Positions 42,478 through 53,187 of a stretch of DNA of 64,000 nt are shown here, piece after piece (the first letter of the stretch is position 1; every line of letters begins with the position of its first letter). This DNA comes from an uncultured delta proteobacterium (GTDB taxonomy: Bacteria; Desulfobacterota; Desulfomonilia; Desulfomonilales; Desulfomonilaceae). Both the position numbers and the translations under genes were made by a program. Location: contig CAWBKB010000003.1 in NCBI GenBank assembly GCA_963789265.1, positions 128,001-192,000 on the forward strand, in the 5' to 3' direction. The notes under the pieces are model-generated. The model worked only from the letters and a program-made list of their open reading frames with translations. It made no database searches and was not told where the DNA came from.

Positions 42478-43701
42478 ATGTATCGTAGAGCTGTCATAAT
42501 AGTGGGAATTGCAGTGTTGGTCGGCCTGTTGTGCGGTATACCCGTCCAAGCCAAAGATGCTCAACCGTTTCGCATCGGCGTATCGGTCTCATTGACCGGA
42601 GTGTTTGGCAAGGACGGTAGTCTGGTAAAAGATGCCTATACTCTCTGGAAGGATACAGTGAATGCGAAAGGGGGCATAAACGGCCATCCGATTAAGCTTA
42701 TTTTCTACGACGACAAGAGCGACAGTGCCACCGGAGCAAAGCTGACGGAACAGCTCATAGTCAGCGACAAGGTGGATCTGCTTCTTGGAGGATTCGGAAG
42801 CAACGCACTTTTCGCCGACAGTCCCGTAGCCGAGAAGTATGAATACCCACTGATCAGCGGAGGCGCAAGCTCGAACAAGCTGTTCGAACGAGGCTTCAAG
42901 TATTATTTTTCAACCTTGGGGAAGGCTACCGAAGAAGTTCGAGGCTGCGTTGATATGCTTGGAACCGTGAAGCCTAAACCCAAAACGGCCGCTATCATAG
43001 GCGCCGATATTTTGTTCACTTCGCTGGCCTGCGAAGGATTCAAGAAATATTGTAATGAAAACGGAATCAAAGTAATTCATTATGAGCTTTTTCCTATGGC
43101 CCTGGAGGACTACAATTCATTGCTTGCAAAAGTGAAGAATAAGAATCCTGACATACTCCTGGTGGGCTCTCATCTGCTTGTTGCGATGAAAACCATAAAG
43201 GCAATGAAAGAGATAGATTTCAGCCCGAAAGCAGTGGCATTCAGTTACGGACCAACCGTGCCGAAGTTCATCGAGGACCTGAAGGGTGATGCCGAATACG
43301 TCATAGCAGCTTCCGAGTGGACTCCCAATATGCCCTTCAAGGGCAAAGTCTTTGGATCTGCATCGGATTTCAACAAGCTCTACTTTGAAAAGTTCAAGAG
43401 GCATCCGGATTATGTGGAAGCTGCCTCCGCCGGTGGGGCTGTCGCACAACAGATGGTCGTTGAAGAACTGGCTCTCAAACCGCCCCTCACCAAGAAAGAC
43501 CGGCAAGCGATCATGGAAAAGCTCCACACCGGCACCTTTGACACATTTTACGGGAAAATCCACTTTGGGCCTGACGGTGCCAACGTGGCCCACCCACCTG
43601 TGGCAGTTCAGATCCAAAATGGAAAGCTGAAAAACGTTTTCCCTCTGAATTACGCAGAATCCAAGATTTGGTATCCCTTCAAACCTTGGAAGAAGCGCTG
43701 A
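42478..43701 (+). CDS. Liv/HAAT-family ABC substrate-binding protein (candidate nicotinate binder)
   Basis: Signal peptide, SLTGVFG, NAKGGING, YDDKSD and TFYGKIHF; first gene of the catabolic operon. Confidence 0.88.
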   Translation: MYRRAVIIVGIAVLVGLLCGIPVQAKDAQPFRIGVSVSLTGVFGKDGSLVKDAYTLWKDTVNAKGGINGHPIKLIFYDDKSDSATGAKLTEQLIVSDKVDLLLGGFGSNALFADSPVAEKYEYPLISGGASSNKLFERGFKYYFSTLGKATEEVRGCVDMLGTVKPKPKTAAIIGADILFTSLACEGFKKYCNENGIKVIHYELFPMALEDYNSLLAKVKNKNPDILLVGSHLLVAMKTIKAMKEIDFSPKAVAFSYGPTVPKFIEDLKGDAEYVIAASEWTPNMPFKGKVFGSASDFNKLYFEKFKRHPDYVEAASAGGAVAQQMVVEELALKPPLTKKDRQAIMEKLHTGTFDTFYGKIHFGPDGANVAHPPVAVQIQNGKLKNVFPLNYAESKIWYPFKPWKKR

Positions 43702-43727
43702 GGACTGAGTACAAACGGGAGACACAA

Positions 43728-45210
43728 ATGGCTTTGCTACCTGAAGTCAGGCGGCATTACGGGAAATTGAAACTGCTGATCGACGGAGAGTGGGTGGATT
43801 CCAAATCCACCCACGTCCATGAAACTGTCAACCCGGCCACTGGAGAAGTTATCGCCGAATTTCCCACGGCCACCGAACAAGAAGCCAGAGCTGCAGTAGA
43901 GGCCGCCGGACGTGGCTTCGAAGCCATGAAGAAAATCCCCCTGCGCGAGCGCGCCAGGATGCTTTTCGACATGCGTCAGAGATTCGAGGAGCATTTTGAC
44001 GAGCTGACCAGAGTCCTTACTCAGGATCATGGACGAACCATAAAAGAGTCCACCGGCTCAGTGCGTCGGGTGATTGAAAATATCGAATCAGCATGCTCCG
44101 CGGCTTATGGTATGGCAGCCCGTAACGAACATATTGACGATCTGGCAAACGGCATCGACATGTGGTTAACATGGGAACCTGTGGGAGCTTTCCTTATTGT
44201 CACTCCCGGAAACATCCCCATGCACGCATGGTCCTCCTTTGTCCCGTATGCCTTGGCAGCAGGCTGTTCGGTGGTGGTCAGCCCCAGCCGTCAAGACCCG
44301 GTCGCGGCTGAATACATAGCCCGGGTTGCTCTGGAAGCCGGTTGGCCCAAAGGGGCGATCAACTTGATTCACGGAGGCCGAGAAATCAACAAATATATCC
44401 TTCGGCAGCCGGAAATTCGGGGCCTGGGCTTTATCGGCTCGACATACGCCGGCTCGGAGCTTTTCAAGCTCTGCGGCGAACTCGGCAAGAATTCCTCCAT
44501 CAACGGCAATGGGAAGAATACCGTGGTAATCATGCCGGACGTCGATATAGAGAACATCGTTCCTTATGTCCGCCAAGGATGTTTCGGCATGACGGGTCAG
44601 CGCTGCCTCGGCTCTGATAACGTGGTGGTGGTAGGAAACGTGTACAACGAATTCAGACGCCGATTCGCCGACGAAGCTCAAAGCATGAAGCTGGGTTATG
44701 GTTTGGATGAATCAACGGCAATGGGGCCGTACTGCACGGCAGCAGGTCGAGACAAAGTCGCCGCGTGGATTCAACGGGGCCTGAATGAGGGTGCGGCCAT
44801 AGTTCATGATGGGCGAGTTTTGGGGCCGGAAATGTCTCGTGGCTTTTTCATGGGGCCCACTATCGTCGAGAATATTCATCCAGATATGGAAGTCGCGAAA
44901 GAGGAGGCCTTTGGCGCGGTCGCCGGCCTTATTCGCGCAGAGAGTCTCGAGCAGGTGATCGAGTGGATCAATACCAAGACCGATTTGGGTCATTCCGCTT
45001 GCATCATGACGGAAAGCGGGCGACAGGCGCGGAAGTTCGCGCGGGAAGTCAACGTAGGCAATGTGGGCGTCAATGTTGGTGTTCCTCAGCCGTACGCCTT
45101 CTTCCCGCTTGGTTCGAAGCGGAAGTCTTTTCTCGGAGGGGCCAAAAGTAGGATGGCATCGATGAGGCTCTTTCTGGATGAAAAAACGGTGACCGCGAGG
45201 GTGGGTTTGA
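43728..45210 (+). CDS. Aldehyde dehydrogenase of the methylmalonate-semialdehyde dehydrogenase-like (CoA-acylating) group; last codons frameshifted
   Basis: FIGST, GKN, GQRCLG catalytic Cys, EEAFG and GNVGVNVGVPQPYAFFPLG; likely end TARWV* at 45210 (ORF track extends it to 45245). Confidence 0.85.
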
Positions 45211-45272
45211 CTTCACCCTTCACTCAGGTGAGACATAGGCGCTAATTTAAGGGCAATTTCGCCGCCCTCAAG

Positions 45273-45496
45273 GTCCCCCTTTTCTAAAGGGGGATTAAGG
45301 GGGATTTCCAATGGGTTATCCAAAAATACTCACTACCCTTCTTCACAAAAAAGGGGTACAAATCGGCAAGTAGGCCCGCAACCCTTCATAAGGAATACGG
45401 TTCAACTTGTGTACGGCGTAGCCGGCAGGGACGTCGGCCCTACTATAACGCGGTATACCGGCCGCCGCGCCGGTTACAAAATCTGAACCCGATTCC
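45273..45496. repeat. Intergenic repeats: TCCCCCTTTTCTAAAGGGGGA hairpin and a degenerate MITE (45392-45496) containing a REP-like GCCGGCAGGGACGTCGGCCCTAC unit
   Basis: Visible palindromes; ends GGAATACGGTTCA / TGAACCCGATTCC. Confidence 0.6.
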
Positions 45497-45511
45497 GTCG
45501 TGTTATAAAAC

Positions 45512-46385
45512 ATGAGCACTGTCTTACTCCAAGCAATTATAAACGGGCTGCTCCTGGGCGGAGTTTATGCCGCCTACTCAGCGGGCTTTTCCCTGATTTT
45601 CGGGGTCATGGGCGTGGTGAATCTGGCCCACGGCGAATTGGTAATGCTGGGAGCCTTCACTTCCTATTGGATGTTCATATACCTGCATATAGATCCCTAC
45701 TGGACAATTCCCTTCGCCATGGCCTTCTTGTTCGTATTCGGTTACCTGGTGCAGAAATACATAATAAATCGCGTCATTGAGCAGCCGCACATAATGAGCT
45801 ACATTCTGACCTTCGGCATTCATCTTATGGTGGCCAATCTGGCCGTAAAACTCTGGACGCGTGATTTCAGGTCTGTGACCACTTCCTACTCAGGATTGAA
45901 CGCAGCCTTTTGGGGCCTTAACGTGCCCTTATCCAGGCTGATCACTTTTTGCTTGGCAATTCTGGTTGTCACGTTATTGTGGTTTTTTTTGGCCCGTACT
46001 GAAACCGGACGCGCAATCCGCGCTACCGCTATGGACAAGGACGTTGCGCGGCTCATGGGGGTCGACATCCGAGAGATCTATGCCGTTACCTTCGGAATTG
46101 GAGCCGCCATCACAGGGTTGGCAGGCGCTTCGATGAGTCCGTTTGTGATCATATTTCCGGAGATGGGCCTGCAGTACACAATAATCGCGTTCTGCGTGGT
46201 AGTCCTGGGAGGCATGGGCTATATGCCCGGGGCGCTGTGCGGGCGCGTTGATCCTCGGTGTGGCCCAGTCCCTGACCGCGACCTATCTGACCGCCGGACT
46301 CTCCGTGGCTATTACCTTTTTGATCCTATTTTTCATGTTGATCTTTCGACCCACCGGCATTGTGGGCAAAGGTCTCGTCACATAA
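45512..46385 (+). CDS. livH: Branched-chain amino acid-type ABC permease LivH (frameshift near 46242)
   Basis: GFSLIFGVMGVVNLAHGE, GRAIRAT and VVVLGGMG; continues GALILG...FRPTGIVG in another frame. Confidence 0.88.
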
Positions 46386-46446
46386 AGCCCCCGCCGGCGA
46401 TAAATCGGTCCGTGGCTTCCTGAATCAGATTCGCCTCGATAGGTCA

Positions 46447-47382
46447 ATGAAAAAATTTTGGATATTCTTCATTTCTCTTTCTGCGGCAGTGGCTCTGTTT
46501 CCACTGGTAATCACTTCTGAGTACGCTGTGCGCGTCGCGGCCATAGTGCTCCTCTGGATCGGTATGGCCGGCTGCTGGAATCTCATGAGCGGCTACACGG
46601 GCTACATTGATTTCGGGCCTGTGGTCTATTTCGGTCTGGGCTCATACGCCACAGCCATTCTAATGACCAAGTGGACGCTCCCGTTTATCCCGTCGGTCAT
46701 CATTGCCGGAATAACGGCTGCCATCATCGCCATCCCAATAGGTATTCCGACCTTGCGTCTCAAAGGCGCCTATTTTGCCATCGCTACCCTAGCATTCGCC
46801 GAGACGATGAAGGAGGTCGCCCTAGAATTCGATAGGACATTCGGCGTGACTTTTTTCGAGGGGAGTAATGGCATTACCCTGCCTCTGAGCCGTCATACCA
46901 ACCTGTTTTTCTTCTATTGTATTCTGGCAGTCACATTCGTGATTGTGCTGCTCCACTACAGCATCGAGCATTCAAAATTCGGGTACGGGCTCAAGGCCAT
47001 TCACGAAGCTGAGCTAGCCGCAGAAATTGCCGGAGTAAACACCACATGGCTAAAACTGAGGGCGTACGTGACCAGCGCGTTCTTTCTCGGATTATTAGGC
47101 GGCATCGAAGCCTATTGGATCACGTACATTACACCCGAAGACGTTTTCAACGTTCACAAGACAGTGCAGATGGTCATTATGACCCTGCTCGGAGGCATGG
47201 GTACGTTTCTAGGACCCATCGTGGGCGCTTCCTTTTTGACTCTCCTGTCGGAGTACTTGGGTGCCACGTTTGTGGAAGATTACATGATCCTGGTGGGAGC
47301 CATTATCATTATCATCATTCTCATTATGCCCAAGGGCATAATAGGAACGATAAAGGATCGGAGCGGCATTCGCTTCATTTGA
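46447..47382 (+). CDS. livM: Branched-chain amino acid-type ABC permease LivM
   Basis: WNLMSGYTG, LRLKGAYFAIATLAF, LLGGMGTFLGP and MPKGIIG. Confidence 0.9.
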   Translation: MKKFWIFFISLSAAVALFPLVITSEYAVRVAAIVLLWIGMAGCWNLMSGYTGYIDFGPVVYFGLGSYATAILMTKWTLPFIPSVIIAGITAAIIAIPIGIPTLRLKGAYFAIATLAFAETMKEVALEFDRTFGVTFFEGSNGITLPLSRHTNLFFFYCILAVTFVIVLLHYSIEHSKFGYGLKAIHEAELAAEIAGVNTTWLKLRAYVTSAFFLGLLGGIEAYWITYITPEDVFNVHKTVQMVIMTLLGGMGTFLGPIVGASFLTLLSEYLGATFVEDYMILVGAIIIIIILIMPKGIIGTIKDRSGIRFI

Positions 47383-47410
47383 CGGACGTGCTGACGGCTT
47401 TTCACAAAAT

Positions 47411-47544
47411 GTTACTGTTTACCCGAACTTTGTGACCGGCATCCCACGTCTCGCGGGACCGGTCCTACCGGGCTCACAGTAGAGCCGGCGTCCTTGCCGG
47501 CCAAGCCAAAAACTGGGTAAACCGTTTTCCCGCTGAACGGTTAT
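47411..47544. mobile_element. 134-bp MITE with an 8-bp target-site duplication (same end family as 42172-42304)
   Basis: TSD CACAAAAT at 47403-47410 and 47545-47552; ends GTTACTGTTTAC / CTGAACGGTTAT; internal REP doublet. Confidence 0.75.
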
Positions 47545-47572
47545 CACAAAATGTTCCATGCAGGGTCGGTTC

Positions 47573-48310
47573 ATGGTTATTCTTGAGTGCAGCAATATCA
47601 CCAAGCGCTTCGGATCTCTGACAGCCGTTGAGATGGTGAGCTTTTCCCTTAACCGGGGGGAGATCCTGGGCATGATCGGCCCCAATGGAGCCGGAAAAAC
47701 TACGCTGTTCAATTGCCTAATCGGCGTCTACCGTCCGGATCACGGCCGAGTCCGCTTCAATGATCTCGACACAGTAGGGATGAGGCCCTACCGAATCTGT
47801 CGGCTGGGAATGGCCAAGACATCTCAAATCATGGAACCATTTCGGGCCATGACGGTGTTCGAGAACGTCCTGGTTGGCGGACTTCACGGCGGACAGCTCA
47901 ATATGTCCCAAGCCAAGCGAGAAACCGCAAGCGTCCTGGAACTGGTTGGGCTATCCGAACACAGCAACAGGCCTTCCACTTCCCTCTCCGTTCCTGCTCG
48001 AAGGCGTTTGGAGTTGGCGCGGGCTCTGGTTACCGGTGCACAGGTGCTGCTTTTAGACGAAAATATGTGCGGGCTTAACCCACACGAAATCGACGAGGCC
48101 CTGGTACTCTTGCGCAAGATTCGCGATTCGGGAAAATCGCTTATAGTTGTCGAACACATCATGCGAGCGGTTATGGGTATATCGGACCGGATCATCGTGC
48201 TGAACTACGGAGCCAAGATAGCAGAAGGCACGCCCCGCGACGTGGTTAACGACGAGCAAGTCATACAAGCTTATTTGGGCGCCAAATCCTCTTCCGGCTC
48301 GCTGGCATAG
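47573..48310 (+). CDS. livG: ABC ATP-binding protein LivG
   Basis: GPNGAGKTT, LLLDE, VEHIMRAVM and VIQAYLG. Confidence 0.9.
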   Translation: MVILECSNITKRFGSLTAVEMVSFSLNRGEILGMIGPNGAGKTTLFNCLIGVYRPDHGRVRFNDLDTVGMRPYRICRLGMAKTSQIMEPFRAMTVFENVLVGGLHGGQLNMSQAKRETASVLELVGLSEHSNRPSTSLSVPARRRLELARALVTGAQVLLLDENMCGLNPHEIDEALVLLRKIRDSGKSLIVVEHIMRAVMGISDRIIVLNYGAKIAEGTPRDVVNDEQVIQAYLGAKSSSGSLA

Positions 48311-48322
48311 GACCCGAACGGC

Positions 48323-49039
48323 ATGAATCAGGTGCTCTTGAAAATCAACCGGATCAACGTTTCTTACAAAGATGTTCAGATATTGCATGACGTAAGCCTC
48401 GAAGTAAGTAGGGGAGAAATAGTCACCGTCATCGGCCCCAACGGAGCTGGAAAGAGCACGCTCATGAATACCGTGGTCGGCTTTTTGCACCCGGGAACGG
48501 GATCGATCAGCTTTGGCAGCCGCTCCATTCAGCGTGAGCCGCCGGAAAAAGTAGTTCAGCTCGGTCTCACCATTGTGCCCGAGGGGGCTCGAGTCTTTTC
48601 AGAGATGAGTGTCATAGACAATCTGAAAATGGGTTCGTACGTAAAAACTGCGCGCGTGGAAAGAGAGAAGACTCTGGGAGAGGTATTCAGCTTCTTTCCA
48701 AGGCTGCATGAACGCATGCACCAGAAAGCCGGGACCTTGAGTGGAGGCGAACGACAAATGTTGGCAATCGGCCGGGCCCTGATGTCCAGACCGTCATTGT
48801 TGCTGCTCGACGAACCCTCCTTGGGGCTCGCACCCATCCTGGTGGCCAAGGTTTTCGAGACGGTCAAGAAAATTGCAGCCACTGGTCTGACTGTGCTGTT
48901 GGTGGAGCAGAATGTTCACGCTTCGTTGGAACTGGCGGATCGTGGGTACGTGCTGGAAAACGGCCGCGTTATAATGGAAGGGCCCAGCTCGGGACTTATG
49001 AGTAACGCGCACATCCGAAAATCATATCTCGCTATATAA
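48323..49039 (+). CDS. livF: ABC ATP-binding protein LivF
   Basis: GPNGAGKST, VPEG, LSGGERQMLAIGRAL, LDEPSLGLAP and VEQN. Confidence 0.92.
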   Translation: MNQVLLKINRINVSYKDVQILHDVSLEVSRGEIVTVIGPNGAGKSTLMNTVVGFLHPGTGSISFGSRSIQREPPEKVVQLGLTIVPEGARVFSEMSVIDNLKMGSYVKTARVEREKTLGEVFSFFPRLHERMHQKAGTLSGGERQMLAIGRALMSRPSLLLLDEPSLGLAPILVAKVFETVKKIAATGLTVLLVEQNVHASLELADRGYVLENGRVIMEGPSSGLMSNAHIRKSYLAI

Positions 49040-49052
49040 GAGGACATTCTTC

Positions 49053-49568
49053 ATGGACGAAAATCCTCAGGAAATTGTCACACCTTTCGTTACGATCACC
49101 TTTACCGTGAACGGAAAGCGTGTGGAGATTGATGTGAGACCTTGGGACACAGCTCTTGCGGTGCTTAGAGACCAATTGGGCCTGAAGGGTACCAAGGAAG
49201 GCTGCGGTATCGGTGAATGCGGCGCTTGCACTATTCTGGTGGATGGGCTCGCTGTGGACTCGTGTCTCATGTTGGCTCCAAAGTTGGACGGCAAGAAAGT
49301 GGAAACGGTTGAAGGGCTTCGCCAGGGCGAGACTCTCCACCCGCTCCAAGAAGCCTTTGTGGCCCGGGGCGCGGTTCAATGCGGGTATTGCACGCCCGGC
49401 ATGCTTATGTCCGCTAAGGCCCTTCTGGATCAAAACACGAGCCCGGATCGCAAGGAATTGGTAGGGGCGCTTGCCGGCAATTTGTGCCGCTGTACCGGCT
49501 ACGTTCAAATCATGGAGGCAGTTGAAGAGGCGGCGAAAACGCTGCGTGAAACCAAGACGTCATCGTAG
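49053..49568 (+). CDS. Mo-hydroxylase 2x[2Fe-2S] small subunit (NdhS-like)
   Basis: GCGIGECGACT, QCGYCTPG and GNLCRCTGY. Confidence 0.92.
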   Translation: MDENPQEIVTPFVTITFTVNGKRVEIDVRPWDTALAVLRDQLGLKGTKEGCGIGECGACTILVDGLAVDSCLMLAPKLDGKKVETVEGLRQGETLHPLQEAFVARGAVQCGYCTPGMLMSAKALLDQNTSPDRKELVGALAGNLCRCTGYVQIMEAVEEAAKTLRETKTSS

Positions 49569-49585
49569 CGAAGAACAGTGAATTC

Positions 49586-50461
49586 ATGAGATCCCACTTT
49601 GAATACGTGCAGCCTCGCTCCTTGAAGGAAGCTCTAGCCTTTCTCGCCGAACGCGGCTCTCAAACTTCTGTACTTGCCGGTGGAACCGATCTGATGATTG
49701 CCGTCAGAAATGGGGACATAGCAGCCGGATACGTGATGGATGTTTCCCAACTCGACGAGTTGCGGAAGCTCGAAACGGCAGACGGGGTCCTTTGGGTCGG
49801 AGCGGCTGTAACCTACACTGAAATCATTAGCAGCCCTCAGATAGCTCAATGCGCGCCGATACTGGCCGATGCCGCCGGGTATGTAGGCAGTGTTCAGATC
49901 CGCAATGTGGGAACCCTTGGCGGAAATGTTGCCAATGCCTCGCCGGCTGCGGACAGCGTGCCGCCTATGATGGTCCATCGGGCTCGTGTGCATATTCAGT
50001 CTGTCTCGTCGGAACGACAAGAGCCTTTAGAAAACGTTATCGTCGGGCCGTACCGCACCAGCCTGAGACCCGATGAACTCATAACCGGATTTGCTCTGGA
50101 GCCCTTGGGAGACGGGTACAACTGGAACTTTCAGAGGATCGCCAGGCGCAGGGCCCTGTCTGTGGCGAGAATCAACGCGGCGGCAATAGGACGGCTGGAC
50201 TCAAGAGGCAAGGTAGACGACTTGCGGCTTTCGGTTGGATCCATTACCCCCGAGCCTTCGAGAATGACCGCAGCGGAAGAACACTTGAAAGGAGAGGCCC
50301 CGAATCTCTTGCTCATACAAGAGGCTGCCGAAAAGGTATCGAAGGAGATGGTCCACAGGAGCGGAATGCGCTCTTCGACTGAATACAAACGTCCGGCCGT
50401 AGAGGGACTGGTAATAAAGGCGCTAACCGAGCTATTTATCAAGCAGGGTTCCGATGCATAA
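49586..50461 (+). CDS. Mo-hydroxylase FAD-binding subunit (NdhF-like)
   Basis: LAGGTDL and GSVQIRNVGTLGGNVANASPAAD. Confidence 0.92.
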   Translation: MRSHFEYVQPRSLKEALAFLAERGSQTSVLAGGTDLMIAVRNGDIAAGYVMDVSQLDELRKLETADGVLWVGAAVTYTEIISSPQIAQCAPILADAAGYVGSVQIRNVGTLGGNVANASPAADSVPPMMVHRARVHIQSVSSERQEPLENVIVGPYRTSLRPDELITGFALEPLGDGYNWNFQRIARRRALSVARINAAAIGRLDSRGKVDDLRLSVGSITPEPSRMTAAEEHLKGEAPNLLLIQEAAEKVSKEMVHRSGMRSSTEYKRPAVEGLVIKALTELFIKQGSDA

Positions 50462-52762
50462 GGAAATCTTGAAGACTGTTGGTACAAGCGTTCAAAGAGT
50501 GGGAGCCTTGGAGCGGGTCACAGGTGAAGCTTCATTCGCCGCCGATCGGCATATCGAAGGCGCATTATCGCTTATGGCAGTCCGAAGCGATCGGCCCCAT
50601 GCCCGAATTGCCGGCATCGACCTGTCCCGGGCTTTGGAAGTACCCGGTTGCCTGCGCATCTTCACAGCGCGTGACATTCCCGGGCGCAACCGTCTCGGTA
50701 TCATCACTAAAGATCAACATCTGCTGGCTGAACACAAGGTGAGATGCGTCGGCGAACCCATAGCCTTGGTTGCTGCCGAAACCCCAGAGGCTGCACAACG
50801 AGCGGTTGAGTCGGTACGAGTTCTTACGAGAACTTGCCGCCCGTTTTCGATCCGGAAGAAGCGTTGAGGCCGGGAGCACCACTGATTCACGAAGGCGGGA
50901 ATTTGCTTGGCAGACGAGTGGTAAAACGCGGCAATCCCGATGCTGCTTTCAATAAGGCCGATGTGGTCATAGAACGCATTTATACCACGCCATACATCGA
51001 ACATTCATACCTGGAACCGGATGCAGGGCTCGCCTACGTGGCCCCGGACGGAACGCTTGTAATCCACGCGTCCACTCAGAATCCTCATTATGACCAAAAA
51101 GATGTCGCGGACTTGTTGGGGATAGAAGAGAGCAGGGTAAGAGTCCTACAGACAGCAACCGGCGGCGGGTTTGGTTCGAAGTTGGACCTGAACGTGCAGG
51201 GCTTCGTCGGGTTGGCGGCGTATCTTTTGAACAGGCCCGCGCGCATGGTTTACACGAGAGAAGAGGCCTATCTGTGTACCTCAAAACGCCATCCCCTTAA
51301 AATTTACTACAAGAGCGCCGCGACCCGGGACGGCAGGCTTATTGCCGCGAACATACGAATTATCGGTGACACAGGGGCCTATGCGTCTTACGGGTTGGCA
51401 GTAGTCACACGTACAGCGGTTCACTCCACGGGTCCGTACGAAATTCCGAATCTCTATTGTGAATCGCTGTTCGCGTACACCAACAATCCCATGGCTGGAG
51501 CCATGAGAGGCTTTGGTGTCCCTCAAGTGGCCTTCGCGCACGAATCGCAAATGGATATACTCGCCGAAGAGCTCGGCCTAGATCCACTGGAAATACGGCT
51601 AAGGAATTGCTATCGGATCGGTTCCCTTACAGCCACAAAACATGAGCTTGCGGCAAGTGTCGGTATAAGGGCCACGCTGGATGCAGTAGCCTCCTACTAT
51701 CACAGGAGCATAGAAGATAGGAAGGCTGCTGCCGAGCCGCACATGCGGAGGGGAGTCGGCCTTGGGTCCATGTTTTTCGGCATCGGCAACACCGGCGTAC
51801 AAAATCCGGCTACCGCACACATAGAATTGACCGAGGACGGGCGCGTAACCTTATTTTCCGGTGCTGCGGACGTGGGGCAAGGTTGCTCCACGGTGCTTAC
51901 TCAAATCGCCGCGGAGGAATTGCGGCTAAGCCCTGAAGATATTCGACTGGTGGCGGCAGACACCCTGCTCACTGCTTCGGCCGGGGCTTCCTCAGCCAGC
52001 CGTCAAACGTATATTTCCGGTAACGCCGTTTTGGAGGCTGCGAAAAAACTGAAGGATGTGCTACTGACCGAGGCGGCCATGATTCTCAGGATCGACCGCG
52101 CAGACCTGGCACTAGAGGCCGGTCGCGTCTATTCACAATCCGAGCCGGCAAAGGCTGTCTCATTTGAGCGCATCGCCCGGCGCGCACGTCGCACCGGGCT
52201 GCCCCTAAAATGGCAAGGATATTTCGATCCCATCACGACTTCTTTGGACTCCGAGACGGCTGAAGGAATCCCGTACGCGACCTATGCTTTTGCCACTCAT
52301 GTCGCAGAAGTTGAAGTGAACATGCTGTCGGGCGAAGTGCGAGTTTTGAGAATCGTTGCAGCTCATGACGTCGGCAAGGCGATCAATCCGCGGAACGTGC
52401 ACGGCCAGATTCACAGTGGAATTGCAATGGGGCTCGGTTTTGCCCTGATGGAGGAATTCATTCCCGGAAAGACTGAATCCATGAAGGATTATCACATACC
52501 TTCCTGCGCCGACATGCCGGAAGTGGTTTCCATTATTGTCGAAGACCCTGAACCTACCGGTCCTTTCGGGGCGAAAGGTGTGGGAGAGCCTGCACTTATC
52601 CCGACGGCTCCTGCCATATTGAACGCCATTGCGGATGCACTGGGCGTCCGAATCTACGATCTGCCGGCTAACTTGGAGCGGGTCCTTAAAGCTGCTTCGA
52701 CCGTGAAACAGGTCCATAACCAGAGCGCTCTCGAACAAGCAACAATCTTGGAAAGAAGTTAG
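50454..52762 (+). CDS. Mo-hydroxylase molybdopterin subunit, probable nicotinate dehydrogenase (frameshift near 50825)
   Basis: STQNPH, GGGFGSK, KRH, AMRGFGVPQ, SASRQT and AKGVGEP; substrate inferred from the adjacent ena and hnr genes. Confidence 0.85.
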
Positions 52763-53123
52763 TAGGACGGGCATCTTGCCCGTCGTCATCCCCCGTTCGC
52801 GGGCTTCCAGGAGCTGCCTGAGCGTTGCTCTCAAACCGCCGGCACGGAGAAAGTGTCTCAAAACTATTTTGATGCCTGGAATCGTGCTACGATGTCAGCC
52901 CGGCGCTGAAGCACCAGGCTACTTTCTGTCGCCCCGATGGGGCTTAAATGCAAGCGTCCCGCAGGGACTGCAGATAGTAGCCCGACAATTCATTGCCGGG
53001 AAAAGCGAGCATCGTGCTACGAATTTCATTCATGGTTTGTTTTTGAGACAGTTTCCGGAGGCCGGCGCTACCTCCCAAATCAGGTCCGAGGTGACATGCG
53101 ACGGGCAAGATGCCCGTCCTACT
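52761..53123. repeat. Multi-level nested repeat bounded by perfect 25-bp inverted arms
   Basis: AGTAGGACGGGCATCTTGCCCGTCG (52761-52785) / CGACGGGCAAGATGCCCGTCCTACT (53099-53123). Confidence 0.88.
52849..53055. mobile_element. 207-bp MITE with 15-bp TIRs and a 4-bp TSD, inserted in a REP hairpin loop
   Basis: TIRs GAAAGTGTCTCAAAA / TTTTGAGACAGTTTC (14/15); TSD CGGA at 52845-52848 and 53056-53059. Confidence 0.82.
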
Positions 53124-53187
53124 GAAAAGCGAACAGGTTAAAACCGTGTGGCGCGCGGCCGAACATATTTGCCACAAAGGAGGGCTC

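Noticed and set aside
49053..52762. Aerobic CO dehydrogenase (coxSML) or plain xanthine dehydrogenase
   Set aside because: Lacks the AYxCSFR motif (has AMRGFG); the neighbours are enamidase and Hnr rather than cox or purine catabolism genes.
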